A stretch of DNA of 63,673 nucleotides, filler included, from Aduncisulcus paluster (taxonomy: Eukaryota): the NCBI GenBank assembly GCA_024181965.1. It is 8 parts of 8 records of this genome, joined end to end, with 100 filler letters (N's around TTAATTAATTAA, not from the genome) between each part and the next. Parts side by side here need not be neighbours in the genome. Positions count along the whole stretch, not along the records: positions 44,830 to 49,299 come from BQXS01000040.1; positions 49,400 to 60,643 come from BQXS01000041.1; positions 60,744 to 63,673 come from BQXS01000047.1; 5 more parts are not named here. The stretch is one strand, 5' to 3'. Under the pieces are notes generated by a model. That model was given only the letters and a program-made list of their open reading frames with translations, was not told the DNA's origin and searched no databases. Below, in pieces: positions 48,849 to 61,351 of this stretch. A program made the translations under genes and the position numbers. The first letter of the stretch is position 1. Every line of letters starts with the position of its first letter.

Positions 48849-49274
48849 TTATAATTTACGAACGAGAGAATATATTTGTTGAAGTTTAGTGCTTGCCTTC
48901 ACCACAATATCGTCACAAAGCACACACAATCTCCTTCGACATCTTGTTATCGCCACATTAACCCTGTTATCATTTGATGCCATTCCCACATTTCCTGTAC
49001 CGACATACACGACCCCATCAACACTCTTCCCTTGAACAGAGTCCACTGTGTGCACAGATAGAGGAAAATGATCACGCAAAGAAGAGTCAAGAACATCGTC
49101 AGAGTCGTCAGATAGTTGTTGGATAATATTACGGAGGAAAATAACATGCCTTCGAAGAGGAACAACAATAATAACACTCGCACAGGATTCAAGCATCCTT
49201 ATTCCAAATTGAAGTGCCAACACAAGCATGGAATGTTGATGGAACACACTAGAACATGGATGTTTTGATTTCAT
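48849..49274 (-). pseudogene. C-terminal fragment of a UPF1/DNA2-like SF1 helicase (AAA_12 domain)
   Basis: Motif V-like VHTVDSVQG and motif VI-like NRVNVAITRCR. The N-terminal helicase domain is absent and the ORF abuts a 27-nt repeat at the contig end. Confidence 0.7.
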
Positions 49275-49399
49275 TTACTTTCCTCAGATTATTGGATTAN
49301 NNNNNNNNNNNNNNNNNNNNNNNNNNNNNNNNNNNNNNNNNNNTTAATTAATTAANNNNNNNNNNNNNNNNNNNNNNNNNNNNNNNNNNNNNNNNNNNN

Positions 49400-49714
49400 A
49401 TGAAATTCAGGAATAACATCAATTCGAAGCTTATCCTTCTTGCTAAATAATTTTATCGCAAAGTAATCCCCATCAACAGAGAGACCCATGACAGCCCCAT
49501 AAGCACCTTTACCATACTTCATATGATCTGGAAGACGAGCTTTATCAATGAGATCTTGAGCCATTCCAAGGGTTTCAACAAGTAATTTAGAAGGATCAAA
49601 CAACTTATGTGACTTGGTCAATCGCTTAACTTTCCTTGCATACATTTCACTATTATATTTAATTGAACTATAAGAAACATCTTTAGGTTCACTTTTTTTT
49701 TCTTTTTCAGGCAT
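49400..49714 (-). CDS. Protein kinase N-lobe, 3' partial
   Basis: Gly-rich loop YGKGAYGAV and FAIKLF. Confidence 0.75.
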
Positions 49715-49919
49715 ATTGTGTCAAAATACTTTGCAGAAAACGGCTTTGATTACAATTACAATTCTACACAGCATATTGAGATTTCAAACCTGACAAAATT
49801 AATATTATCGGAATTTAGTATTTATTTATGATTATTATTATCCTGGAGAATGTGGTGAGTAACTATTGGATCCTCACATTTCAATTTATGGAGAAATTAT
49901 TTTCAAAATATTATCAAAA

Positions 49920-52900
49920 TTAGTCAATATGCTCAAATACAGCCATAACAAAGTCTTTATAGACACCAAATAACAATCCATCAGCTTGTTGATCGAGAAC
50001 TCCCATACACGAGTGAAATAGACCCATAACATCCATTATAGCCATTTTAAGTTCAACATCAACCTCTCCAAGCCCAGAGATTCCATCGATATTCACAAGG
50101 AGTCCAGAGCAGGCCATCATGAAAGCGAATAGCATTACTGCATGACCAGTCTGTTCATCTACGAGATTATCAATGCTTTTCTTCTCAGGAACATCACTTA
50201 ATGCCTTTGAAACGGCCAGACGTTGGCTCAGTTGGTCGTTAATCTTCGATAATAGGTTCTGGACAAACATTTTCCCCTCAAGCGGCAATATTGATGGTTT
50301 CAGTGAGGAAATGGCACCATCGTAGACAAATACATTTACAATGATTGTGGCCAATGGAATTAGAGGATCCAACTTGACGAGAACCTTCGATGACGATGCT
50401 GTTTTCTTACTCTTTCTATCTTTCTTCCCATCAGAGTCAACAATTTTCAACAACCCGTATTGAGAACTAGACAATGATCGAGATACAAGAGATCCAAGGC
50501 AGTATTTAGACTCTGGGAGACTGATATCAGCTAGTGGCTCCAGGAGCTTCATCACAGCCAATAATTTGATATTCTTGGTCGTCAAATCGGCAGATAACTC
50601 ACATGCCCACGCATGAGCAATATCCAAAACTCTCCTTCCACTCTCAAGGAAACGATGCATCAAATTGTCAGGAGAATACGAACACACGGGGACAATCGAC
50701 TCAATCTGTGAATGGAAACCTTTAAATAGACCTTGAGAAAGAAGACCTGTTCGACTTGTGGATGATACTGACGAGCTCTTACCAGAAAAGCTAACATCAC
50801 TTGCATCAACGATGGATGAATCAGCAGCTAAAAATAGAGAAGATCCATGAGAAGACACCTTATTCAAGTTCATCTCAGCACCGGAGCTAAAAATAGCTTC
50901 ACTACTGTGATGGTAGTGCTGTTTTTGTCGATAGAAACGAGATTTGACAGGAAGAATTATTTCAGGAAAAGCCCTTGTAGCATTTCTTAGACATTTCATT
51001 CCATCATCAGCTGTATCTCCAAAGAAAGAAACAACTTCACCGAGTACACTCATCACACTCGTCTGTAGCTTCTTAACAATCACCATAGATTCCTTTCCAA
51101 GACTCAAGCGTGGGTCTTTCTTATCCTTCCTTCTTACAAGGGCACGTTTGATTCGTTTTTCTTCAAGTTCACGAACTTTGACGAGTTTTTTGGTTTCTGA
51201 AATGATATCGACAATACCGTCCAAGGAAGACAGCGTGAAGCAAGTCGAAGCTGAGAATACAATCAGTGGCTGCATCCAGAATCTATTTATAGAAATCGGT
51301 ATGATACTCGATAATAAAGGATAACTTTCGTATATTGCGGATGATGTTAGAGAATGTTGTGTGATTGTGGGAGACAAAGATTGGATAGATTCAGATTGTG
51401 TCGGGAATGGAATTGAGGAGAGGAAAGAACCAAGGGAGGCGATGACTCCACAGATGGATGAGGCTTTCTCCTTGAACCGACCAAGCTTCTCCTCAAGCCG
51501 TCCAAGTCTCTTTGATTCTTTCTCTTTTTCAGCGATAATATCGTCCAATGAATTTGGCATTAAGGGAGGCAAAGGAGCTGAGGAAGATACCGATTGAAGT
51601 TCTTTCAGTGGGTGCAACTCGTCCAAGGTATTGATATTCTTGGTCAACCGTGTGAGTTCATTTGATATGCTATCCGTAAGGTTGTGGATATGCTCAACCC
51701 AAGCTTCCCAAAGATCAGAAGGGTACTTACAGGCATGGACAAAGGAATCACACACACAAGAAATAGAGAACAGCAGTTCTTTCTTGACGCAGAGTCCATC
51801 TTTGACACGCTTAACAACTTTCTTGCTGGTCCCCCTTTGTTTCTTTTGAACCTTTTCCATGATAGACACACCACCAACATAGGTTACAAGCCCTTTAATG
51901 CATTGGGAAAGGGTGTCAAGGAAGGAATTAAATGAAGGAGCAGGAGTTAACTTGAAAGGAAGGGAAGAAAGAGCACTCTCAACGGGATTCTTATCCAAGA
52001 AGTCATCACCTCCAGACCTTGATGGTGTTGAACGTGATTGTTGCTTCCCTCTTCTCTCAACAGAAGTGAGAATAGCAATATCTTCACCGTCCTCAAACCC
52101 ATTCTCAGTTCCTATTCCGGCATTCTCATTTCCTATTCCGGCAATCTCAGAGGAAAGGTTGGCAGGCGTGATGTGGACAAGAGCACATGAGATGGCCGAG
52201 CATAGCCTTATACATTCACTCTGAAGGACGATAAAGGAGAGATCTGTGTTATTGACACCATATAGAGAGAGAGCAACCTCAGAAGGAAGGAAATCGGGGT
52301 GCATTCCAACCAAATCAGTGAGTTTTGAAGGGAATTTAAACACAGAAAACCCAAGATAATACAACAAGGATAGTACATGTGTTAAAACAGACTGCAAAGA
52401 AATAATATCATCTTCAGAAGGTATCATTGCACTGCGTCCGTCCCTATTCATTGCACCAGCTTTATCTGGCCCTTGCTCAGAATCACTCTCTTGTTCAAGT
52501 TCAGATTCATGTTCAAGAGAAGAAGAAGAACGTTCCTGCATTTTGTCTTCAATGATAGCAACACAAACATGCTCACAAATCTGGAATAGAATAGATAAAG
52601 GAGGAAGAGAGGAGGAAAGGGAGTCCCCAGACTTGTAAAATCTAACATATTCCTCAAATATGGGTATGAGTTCTAAAAATAGATCAATGGCTCCATAATT
52701 AGAACATAGAGAAACAAATGAATTAGATATTCTGAAAGATAATGGATTTGAATGGGTAGAGTAAGTTCTAGTAAGGAGAGAAACCAATGATTCATCTTCT
52801 TCCTCAATCTTTTCATCCCCACTTTCCTCAACAACCGCTTCTTGAGGAACAATAGATTCATGATCTTCTTCTTCTTCTTCTATCTTCTCTTCCTTCTCTT

Positions 52901-55900
52901 CTTGCATTTCTTCTCCCTTCTCTTCTTCCTCTTCTCTCTCTTCCTCTTCTCTCTCTTCCTCTTCTTCCTCATTCTCTTCCTCTTCTCTCTCTTCCTCTTC
53001 CTCTTCTTCCTCATTCTCAATTAAAACCTCCCTTTCTTGTTCTTCTTCCTCTTCTTTCTCAACAATAACAGTGGCTTGTTCGAGCATCATGAGACCTTGA
53101 GTAACTTGTTTCTCACACTCACACTGATGAGCTAAATATAGAATGGTATCGGTGTCGACTCTTCCATACAATTGGACAATATCATCAACAGTGAGAAGAT
53201 CAAGGATAATTTCCTCCTCTTGCTCTTCTTGAACACTCTTAAGGGAACGAAGCAACCGTACAAGGATTACAACAAGAGATGAAACATGCTTTCTTACAAG
53301 ATGATATATATATGAATCCTGAGGGAGAAGAATGTCAGGAATAGATGAAGCCTCCACCTGACTGGGTGATTGTTTCTTCTTTTCACCAGATCCCTCTTCC
53401 TCCTCTTCCTCTTCCTCTTCCTCTTCCTCTTCCTCTTCCTCCTCTTTCCTGGATCGTGTTCTTCTCTTCCCATAGGAGACATCCTTTCCATCTCTATCCT
53501 CATCCTCTGAAGCCTGACTACTCCCCTCAATAATCTCTTCTTCAGTGGTTCTGAATGTGGCTCTATTACCATCCCCTATGTTCGTATCTATTCTGGTTTG
53601 CTTCTTCTTCTTTCCTTCTTCTCTCAATAAGCCCATTATACGTTCCGTGTGGACAAGAGCATCATATAGAGACATGGAATAAGTAATGTTTGTTAGCACA
53701 TTGATGCAAGCAACATGGTTTGTTTCGAGCAAAGAAAGGAGCCGAAGGAAGGAGAGCGAGGAGAGTGAGTGAGTTCTACTTACTCCATCATCAACATCAT
53801 AATGATCACGACCATCTCCCTGATGATGTTCTCCATGCGTATACTTAGAGAACGCACTTCTTCTGAGTTCCCTGACAAGTCTTTTCCTCTCTCTTTCCTT
53901 CTCTTGAGCATCACCAATGTCCTGCACCTCAATGCCCATGGCTCTGACACCCTCAAGACCACAAAGACAAATAGACACACAGATGGCAGCTATCTCCCCA
54001 ATCTCTCCTTCTTCACAGCAACTGTCAAGGAGAACACGCAGAGGGACAAACTCAACTGAACGACGAATATGGCGATGGGAAAGAAGAGAATCTCCCTCTT
54101 CCTCTTCTTCTTCTGCTTCTACTGCTTGTTTGGTTCCTTTCTTGGTCTTTCTCCCTCTCTTTCTTCCTTTCTTCTTGCCATCCTTCTTCTTCTTCTTCTT
54201 CTTCTTGTTTTTTAATCTTTTGAGCCTCTTTCAAAATGTCATCAGGAGTTATTTGCTGTAACACTGTCTGACAGAACCCTGCAAGAACGACATCAATGGC
54301 CACTCTCCTGACACTGTGGGCTCTGTCCATCAGAGCATCACTGAGGACTCTGTGGCTATATTTAGAAATCAGAATCCGATTTATACTTGGAGAATGAACA
54401 AGGGTCTTGACACCAAGGAGAGCAGACCGACGCACTTTAACGGAAGCATTATCGTAACATAATTTGTCACATATGGCACTGAGTGCTGCATATGAGAGTG
54501 ATGCGAGAGCTGGGATAGAAAATAGGAGATCGCCATATGATGACAAAAACAAAGAAATGGAAATGGCAGCCTCAGACCTAACATTTTCATTGATATCGGT
54601 ATGGAACGAAAGCAACTGAGTCAGTTGGGAAGAGAATGATTCCCGGATCAATCTCATTTCTTCTTTTTGTTGTTCTTCTTTCTCTTTCTTTGATAGTTTC
54701 TTAGCACTCAAACCGGATAAATCCTTTTGTTGTTTTTGTTTGGATTTAACCAAGCCAATCGATTCCAAAACACCAAATAGCCCACTCCTTCTTTTCCTTT
54801 GTTTGTTTTTGTTTCCACTCCCTGTATCATCCATTAAATATATATTGTCAAACTCTTGTGCAGTAGTCATCATGGAAACATCATCAAACATTATCCCACC
54901 CATAACCGTCTGATGGAGTTGTCGTTTCCCCTTTGAAGGGAGCACAGGGAACATAACACCACAAATCCGACACACCTGACTTCTCACGGTGGGATTAGGA
55001 ACAGCAGAAAGGGATAAGAGTTGTGGAAGAGCTTCTTGAAAGAGGAGCCCTCCGAATGATGGATTATTACCACCGCTCCACCTTCCTTTCACATCCTCAT
55101 CGATGAATGTAGCATTGAGAATGGACAGAGCACGCTTGCGATGCACGTGAGTTGGCAGAGAAGTTGCATACGAGATGAGCAAAGAAAGAATGTGAGATGG
55201 AAGAGAATTGCACGATGATACAATCATACTGGATGGAGTGTCGGTAAGGACAAGTATTTCCTTGGGGAGGAAAGAAGAAAAGAAAGCCTGAGAAAAAGAA
55301 GGCCAAGGTGACGAACTCTGTCGTATGGTTGAAGATTTTATCGCAGTACGCATCTCTATAGCAAGATCTTTGGCCCATGAAAGTGTTTTCTCCTCATTAA
55401 GACAGGTTTCTAAGAGGCTAATAGCATAGTGAGGGGAGAGTTCACCGGTGACAGCTGCGCATATACAAGTACGAATGCACTGTTCAGATAACACGGAAGA
55501 ACACGTAAGAATTCGAGAAAGGAAGGTTAACCCAGTTGAATTAGAGAAAAATGGAGCAGAGAAGAAAAAGGACGCTACACATTTGCTAACACTCCAAATT
55601 GTTGTTGATCCGTGCTTTTGGGAGTATATTTCATCATCTTCATCACCGCACAGTCGACGTTTAAGGTCAATTTTATCCATGACTTCTGGAGGACTCAATA
55701 AAAAGCATTGCACGAGATATTCAGAAAAGAACTCACATAACTGCTTAAAATCATCCATTCCGGCCCTAGAATGTGTCAAAAGTGACGCAGATTGTAATGA
55801 TCTGAGCATAACATGGGCCAGGGAATACGATAAGGAAGAGAGGGCACGGTGATTGAACATCAGGATATGGGGATATGTTTCATGAGCATTTGAGGACAAA

Positions 55901-56550
55901 AAGGGGAGAAGAAATCTCATACAATCTATAAATAACTGAGAAATAGACCGAGAATACAACTCAGAGTCAGAATCAACGAAAAAGGAAGCATCTTCTTCTT
56001 CAAACTCTTCTTCATGTTTTGTTTTTGATTTCGAGGATTTACGCCCACGTTTCTTTTTCTTTGATGTTCTCGATTTCCTCGAAATTGTCTCAGTCTCCTT
56101 AAATACTTCAATCATTGATTTGACAAGTAAATTTGGATTGTGGGCCACAATACAAGCTGATGCAATTCGAAAGAAGAAAGGTAAGACATGTGTCACTAAT
56201 TTTAAGAGATCTTCAAGCGCTTTGTTGGAAAAAATTGAGAATTTTGGAATAGAAACCACTGATAATTCCGACTCCAGAGTCTTCTCTTCGAAGAGCAATT
56301 TTGTCAAATTCAAAAGGATGTATAATTTGTTATAAATATCTGAGTACAATTCAAGGGCTTCATCCATCGATTGGAAATCATTGCTAAGAACTTCTTTTTC
56401 CAGATCTTCCATCTTAGGTAAAAGTAATACAAGTTCATGAAGGGTACGAGAAACTTGAATTTTAGATGCAGACTGGAAAACTTCTTCCATTTCAGAAATA
56501 CATGGAGTTTCAAGGATGTCTCTCTTTAGAATTGAAATAGTATGGTTCAT
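49920..56550 (-). CDS. NCAPG2: Condensin II HEAT subunit CAP-G2-like, frameshifted near 54190
   Basis: The HEAT series NPTVRSQ...FP, DINENVRSEA, KLCYDNASVKVRRSA and ALMDRAHSVRRVAIDVVL parallels CAP-G2 (NSEVRSNA...FP, DPYPMVRS, ELAFDTSSADVRCS, LHDNSEKVRVAFVDML). ORFs 54052..56550 and 49920..53978 overlap in a (GAA)n tract. Confidence 0.7.
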
Positions 56551-56829
56551 GTTGATAATTCAATGAATATTCAAAAATATTATATATTAATAACCAAATT
56601 TTGATAAAAATAATCTTGCAAAAAATTTGGAATACGTTGTTTTGATCCAAATAATCATCGAGTTTTATCCTAGATCACAGTAGACAATTTATTCAAATGC
56701 CATTCCACAAAAACCAATTTATATTGAATATTATGCATATTGCAATTTACTTATATAGACTATTATGTGATTCTACTTGTGTAGGATCGATATTCAACTA
56801 GCTAGAATAGATCAATATTTCATAGCTAA

Positions 56830-57557
56830 TTATTGCTGTGGGCATTGTTGAGATGGAGCTCCCGGTGTTTTTTTATCGCTAGTTGCTTCCTTTTCAGCCT
56901 TTTGCATCAAAAACATTTGTTCCCGCTCTCTGCGAATGATAGAAACTGACTTCTTATACCGTATCTTAAGTGTATTTCCGACATAATTCCATTTTAAAAG
57001 TGATTCATCCAAAGATTTTTCACCTACCCAGGCAATATCAGAGAGATTAATTTTTTTATAGTATTTGCGGTTTGTAGTTTTTACAACAATAAATTTCCCC
57101 TCAACACTCACATCATATGTTTTAGATGGGTAGATTAGTGGTGAAATATGCCATTCAAAAGCATCTGCAAGATCATGACGAACACAAATTGGAGTATATG
57201 ACTTGGCACGAATCCCTATCGAAGGAACAGATATTTTGGAGGATCTCGGTTTAAGTTCTGGAACAGAATCTTCAGATCCAACTTCATAATTCCATTCAGA
57301 ATAATCTCCAATGAAAGATTGGTGTCGAACACGGCGAACTATAATTAAAAATAAATAAATTATGATTCCTCAGATAAACAGTATCGTTTATAATAAAAAT
57401 ATGCATTAATTGGAACCAACATCTACATACCAATCAGGATACCATCAGATTGTCGCAGTATTTCTTCAACTTCAGTCCCATTATCATAAACTGTTTTAAT
57501 AAATTTTTTATCTCCCCGAATAGCAACTGTCTTGTTTCCACCTGGGACAAGCCCCAT
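56830..57557 (-). CDS. DPCD: DPCD protein; exons 57557..57431 and 57338..56830
   Basis: Spliced 211 aa with YDNGTEVEE, EWNYEVG and VVKTTNRKYYKKI. 92-nt GTATGT intron. Confidence 0.85.
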
Positions 57558-57620
57558 ACTTATTAGCCAAAACGTTTGTTGACATTTTCTTGCCAATAAG
57601 GAATGCAATAAGCAAATAAC

Positions 57621-59933
57621 ATGGATTGGACAATATCAAGCAAAGAAAAGGTTAATGAACTCTTTTTATTTTGGTTGTCCACCGAAGAAGCTCAAGCCCA
57701 TATTAAGGAATGTATTTCCACGATAAAACACGGAACTCCAAAGGATTTAAAAGCCAAAGTCCTTAGTATTTTATCACCAAGTATTCAACCACCTTTATTT
57801 TCTCCCGTTAGGTCGGCGAAATTGAAGTCTCCCAGAAGAGACGATATCCCATCCTCTCCAACATTACATGGAGCAGAAATTGAGCCCGAAGATAACAGTT
57901 CAGTTGTATTATCTATTTCAAAATATAACAAAGATAATGAAGGAGTGGGAATTCAAGATTTACTTGCTATGAGTTTGGCTCGCCGTAAAAGCCCCATTGA
58001 AACTTCCATTGAGTTTTCTTTTATTGATGGAGTTTTTGATAATGTCGATTCATCCCATATTTCTGGTGAAATGACTATATCACGGCAAGATCTTGGTAGA
58101 ATTTTAAAACGGCATATGCAGACCCACCCAGAGGCTTCCCTCATATCTCTTAAGGATATCCTTGTTCCCCGCTTTAAACCACCGACATTACATCTCGAAT
58201 TAACGGAACCTCCTCTCTGTGACCTCTCTGGGCAAGTTTTCCGGAAAAGGAAAGGTCGCTATTCCGCTGCCAATTCAGAGTTTGACCATGCAATTCTTTT
58301 GAAAGAGTGTGGTGTGAACCAGCCTCAAATCCGCCATCCAGGGATTGTAGAAGAACAGACGATATGTCGGGATGTTCGTGATTCTATGCCTATTTTCTCT
58401 GATCTTTTGATCCGCAGTGTGTGTGGGTTGCCACGATTCCTCGCTGCCCCCTTGTTTAAATTTATTAAGCGTCAATATGATGGGGAAGAGGCTGTTTATT
58501 CGACAGTTGACAACCCTCCCATTAGCTCAAGCTCAAAGCCCTCCACGGTGGGTTCCATCTCTCGAAACACATTCCTTGAGTTCTATCATGACCATATTGA
58601 AGGCCGTGATGGCCATGAGCGTTTGTTTAGGTGCCTGTTACTCACTTCTTCCACTGATGTGTACTCACACCGCTCTCTGAAGGTCGAACGTGCTGTCATC
58701 CATGAAATACTTTTAAAACGCCAGAAACAAGACCGAAGAGCATACAAGGAACACAATGGAAAAGAAGAAGAAGATGATCCTTCCCTTGACCCAACAAAGA
58801 GCGAAGAAGAGGAAGACGAAATTTATGTGAGTGAATCTGCAGTTACAAATGAACTCATAAGACGCCATATCAGTAACATACCACCTTTAACGACGCCCTC
58901 ATCGGTATCTTATAAGTCCTCTTTCCAAGGTTGTCTCCAGAGCAACCAGGAGGTAGGTTTCTCACGCTATTTCCTTCTCCCTGAAGATTTCAAGCCAATG
59001 TTCAAAGAAATTCTGCAACATCCTGGTCTCACGTTCCTTAAAGATTCCCCTGAGTTCCAGACTAAGTATCTTGAAACTGTCATGGTTCGTATTCTTCACG
59101 ATCATTGCTGCCTTGACTCTGATGCGATCTCCCTCCGCCAAGTTCGCTGTGGAGACCTTTTAGACACGCTTAGACTCCTCGATTGTGAGGAAGATGTGAA
59201 TAGGGTTCTCAAATATTTCAGTTATGAGCATTTCTATGTTATTTATTGTCAATTCTGGCAGCTCGACAAGGATCACGACATGAAACTTACAAAGAAGGAT
59301 TTGTGTGAGTATCAGTCTTTCAAGATTAGCAAGTTAGTCGTCGACTTGATCTTCAAGGAAATCCCAAGGAAACTGAAAGGTTGTCCTTCGCCGCAAACCG
59401 ATAGTTCTTCTTCGGCTAAAGACGAAGAAAGACCGTCTGCAACCGATGAGAAGATTATGGGATATGAGGATTTTGTCTTTTTCCTGCTTTGTGAGGAAGA
59501 TAAGGATACATGGACCAGTCTGAGATATTTCTTCCGTATTCTTGATCTTGACGGCGATGGATATTTTGATCTAACTTCCGATTTTAATTTTTTCTACCAA
59601 TCTGTTCAAGAACGTATAGAAGATTTTGCTGATCCAATCCGCTTTGACGATGTCCGGAGCCAACTGTCAGATATGATGTTCCCCTACGGGCAAGCAAGGA
59701 CAAAGGTTACAATTCAAGATATCCAAAAATCTCGGATGGCGTCTCTATTTATGAATTTCTTGACCAATGGTGAGAAATTCTTATCCAGCGACCATGAGGA
59801 TCCATATTTAAAACATTACGATTCCCATGCAATCGAAAGAACAGGGTGGGATAGATTTGCAAGGCTTAAATACGACGATTTGGCCAATAATGATGAATCC
59901 GGGGGATACGTTGATGATGGCGATGAGTATTAA
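57621..59933 (+). CDS. PP2A regulatory subunit B'' (PR72/PR130 family, EF-hand)
   Basis: HPGLTFLKDSPEFQTKY, FSYEHFYVIYCQFWQLDKDHD, YFFRILDLDGDG and WDRFA. Confidence 0.92.
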   Translation: MDWTISSKEKVNELFLFWLSTEEAQAHIKECISTIKHGTPKDLKAKVLSILSPSIQPPLFSPVRSAKLKSPRRDDIPSSPTLHGAEIEPEDNSSVVLSISKYNKDNEGVGIQDLLAMSLARRKSPIETSIEFSFIDGVFDNVDSSHISGEMTISRQDLGRILKRHMQTHPEASLISLKDILVPRFKPPTLHLELTEPPLCDLSGQVFRKRKGRYSAANSEFDHAILLKECGVNQPQIRHPGIVEEQTICRDVRDSMPIFSDLLIRSVCGLPRFLAAPLFKFIKRQYDGEEAVYSTVDNPPISSSSKPSTVGSISRNTFLEFYHDHIEGRDGHERLFRCLLLTSSTDVYSHRSLKVERAVIHEILLKRQKQDRRAYKEHNGKEEEDDPSLDPTKSEEEEDEIYVSESAVTNELIRRHISNIPPLTTPSSVSYKSSFQGCLQSNQEVGFSRYFLLPEDFKPMFKEILQHPGLTFLKDSPEFQTKYLETVMVRILHDHCCLDSDAISLRQVRCGDLLDTLRLLDCEEDVNRVLKYFSYEHFYVIYCQFWQLDKDHDMKLTKKDLCEYQSFKISKLVVDLIFKEIPRKLKGCPSPQTDSSSSAKDEERPSATDEKIMGYEDFVFFLLCEEDKDTWTSLRYFFRILDLDGDGYFDLTSDFNFFYQSVQERIEDFADPIRFDDVRSQLSDMMFPYGQARTKVTIQDIQKSRMASLFMNFLTNGEKFLSSDHEDPYLKHYDSHAIERTGWDRFARLKYDDLANNDESGGYVDDGDEY

Positions 59934-60096
59934 TGTCAATATTAATTAATATAATTATAAATATTTATTTCTAGATAAACTCTACAAATGATCAAGAATA
60001 AAATGTGGTAATTTGAGCTGAAGGAAAAGCGTTGATTGATTGTTAATCAATATTATTGCTTATTTCTATAGTTTTCTATATTATGTATATACTATA

Positions 60097-60643
60097 TAGT
60101 ACAGTACAGTACAGTATCTCTATAAAAATGATGTGTTTATTTATAGGACGTAACAGGTTCTCGCTAAATTTTTAAACACTAGGATTTTACGATAAATTGT
60201 TTCAGTAAAATTGGGTTTAATTTGCGAGATTTTTGGGTGTTTTTTGGCTGAAAGAACTAAAAGCTTAGGTGACTACCCTTGCTCTTTGGTTCTTTCTTTT
60301 GGATTAAATTCCAGCTGTAAGACGATACACAAGTCGCTTCTCTTATACACAGGCCTCTTCCAAGCCCACATAGAAGGGTAGATGCCCATCTACGTGATCT
60401 CTCTTCTCTGGTTCGGCCAGGTACCATGAAATCGGTTCCATTCCTCCGTACATGCTCAATAAACTCCCAAGCTTTCTCTCCAATGGCTCCAATTGTTGTC
60501 AAGGCGAAGGGTATCAAAAGATAGGGTTGGTGCTTTTTAGCACAGCCTGTGTCAACAATATTGGCAAAAGGGTCTTGAGCGTAGCTCGTTTCTGAACTAT
60601 CGTCCTGCTTCTCAGTACCGGAAGCAGATTGAGGGCTTGAGGG
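60097..60643 (-). mobile_element. 3' end of a probable RLE-type (CRE-like) non-LTR retrotransposon
   Basis: Frame is open from the contig edge 60643 to the stop at 60257, with KK....LIPFALTTIGAIG..A..F resembling the RLE C-terminus. It is followed by a 3' UTR stem (60159..60229), AATAAA and a (TACTR)4 tail. Confidence 0.55.
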
Positions 60644-60743
60644 NNNNNNNNNNNNNNNNNNNNNNNNNNNNNNNNNNNNNNNNNNNNTTAATTAATTAAN
60701 NNNNNNNNNNNNNNNNNNNNNNNNNNNNNNNNNNNNNNNNNNN

Positions 60744-61351
60744 AATCTCGCCGATTCCCTCATATCCTGCATTGAGTCTCCTTCTTCTTCATACCCATCG
60801 GGAGCATCAAGGGGTGGTATACCATCTGATGCGGTCATGCGTCTATAACTTAGCTCTTTAGAAGTCTGCTCAAGCACACTCTTCATCTCACGGCGCCTAT
60901 TTTCAAGATTCTTACTTGATAACTTGCTTTTTACAGGGAGAATCTCAAGGATATGAGAGAAAACAACAGCCAAGATCAAACATATCAGGCCACCTCCTCC
61001 AATACTGATATAGAGAGGTAAGTTCGGATCTGCAGTATTATATAACGAGGCAAATATTGCGTAAAGCACGATTGTAGAAATTACATAATCAATTGCAAGA
61101 GTACTCTTTTCGATGAAATGAACAAGCACAAATGCACCAAGTATGAAAGCTCCACATAAGGAAATCGATGGCAATACATTGTATAGGGAAAAAGTGCCCC
61201 AATATATCGACCTATCACCGAAAGTAAACAAGGAATCAATGAAAAAGGGAGTTCGAAAAATAGTTGATAATATCGCTAATATGATGATCCATGCAAATAG
61301 GATGAACAAAATAAATAATAATAAGCTAAAAATTAACCTTGGAAGGCTCAA
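60744..61351 (-). CDS. SYS1-like Golgi multi-pass membrane protein; both ends uncertain
   Basis: Four TM segments. PRLIFS and IEKSTLAIDY resemble the Sys1 pattern P.LI..Q and V.R.K...DF. Confidence 0.5.

Noticed and set aside
6173-55852. Numerous short antisense or overlapping ORFs rich in S/F/L or K/R
   Set aside because: Shadows of GAA-rich coding sequence in other frames.
12842-60743. Recurrent TTAATTAATTAA within N runs as a biological repeat
   Set aside because: Artificial contig-joining linker. Synteny across it is meaningless.
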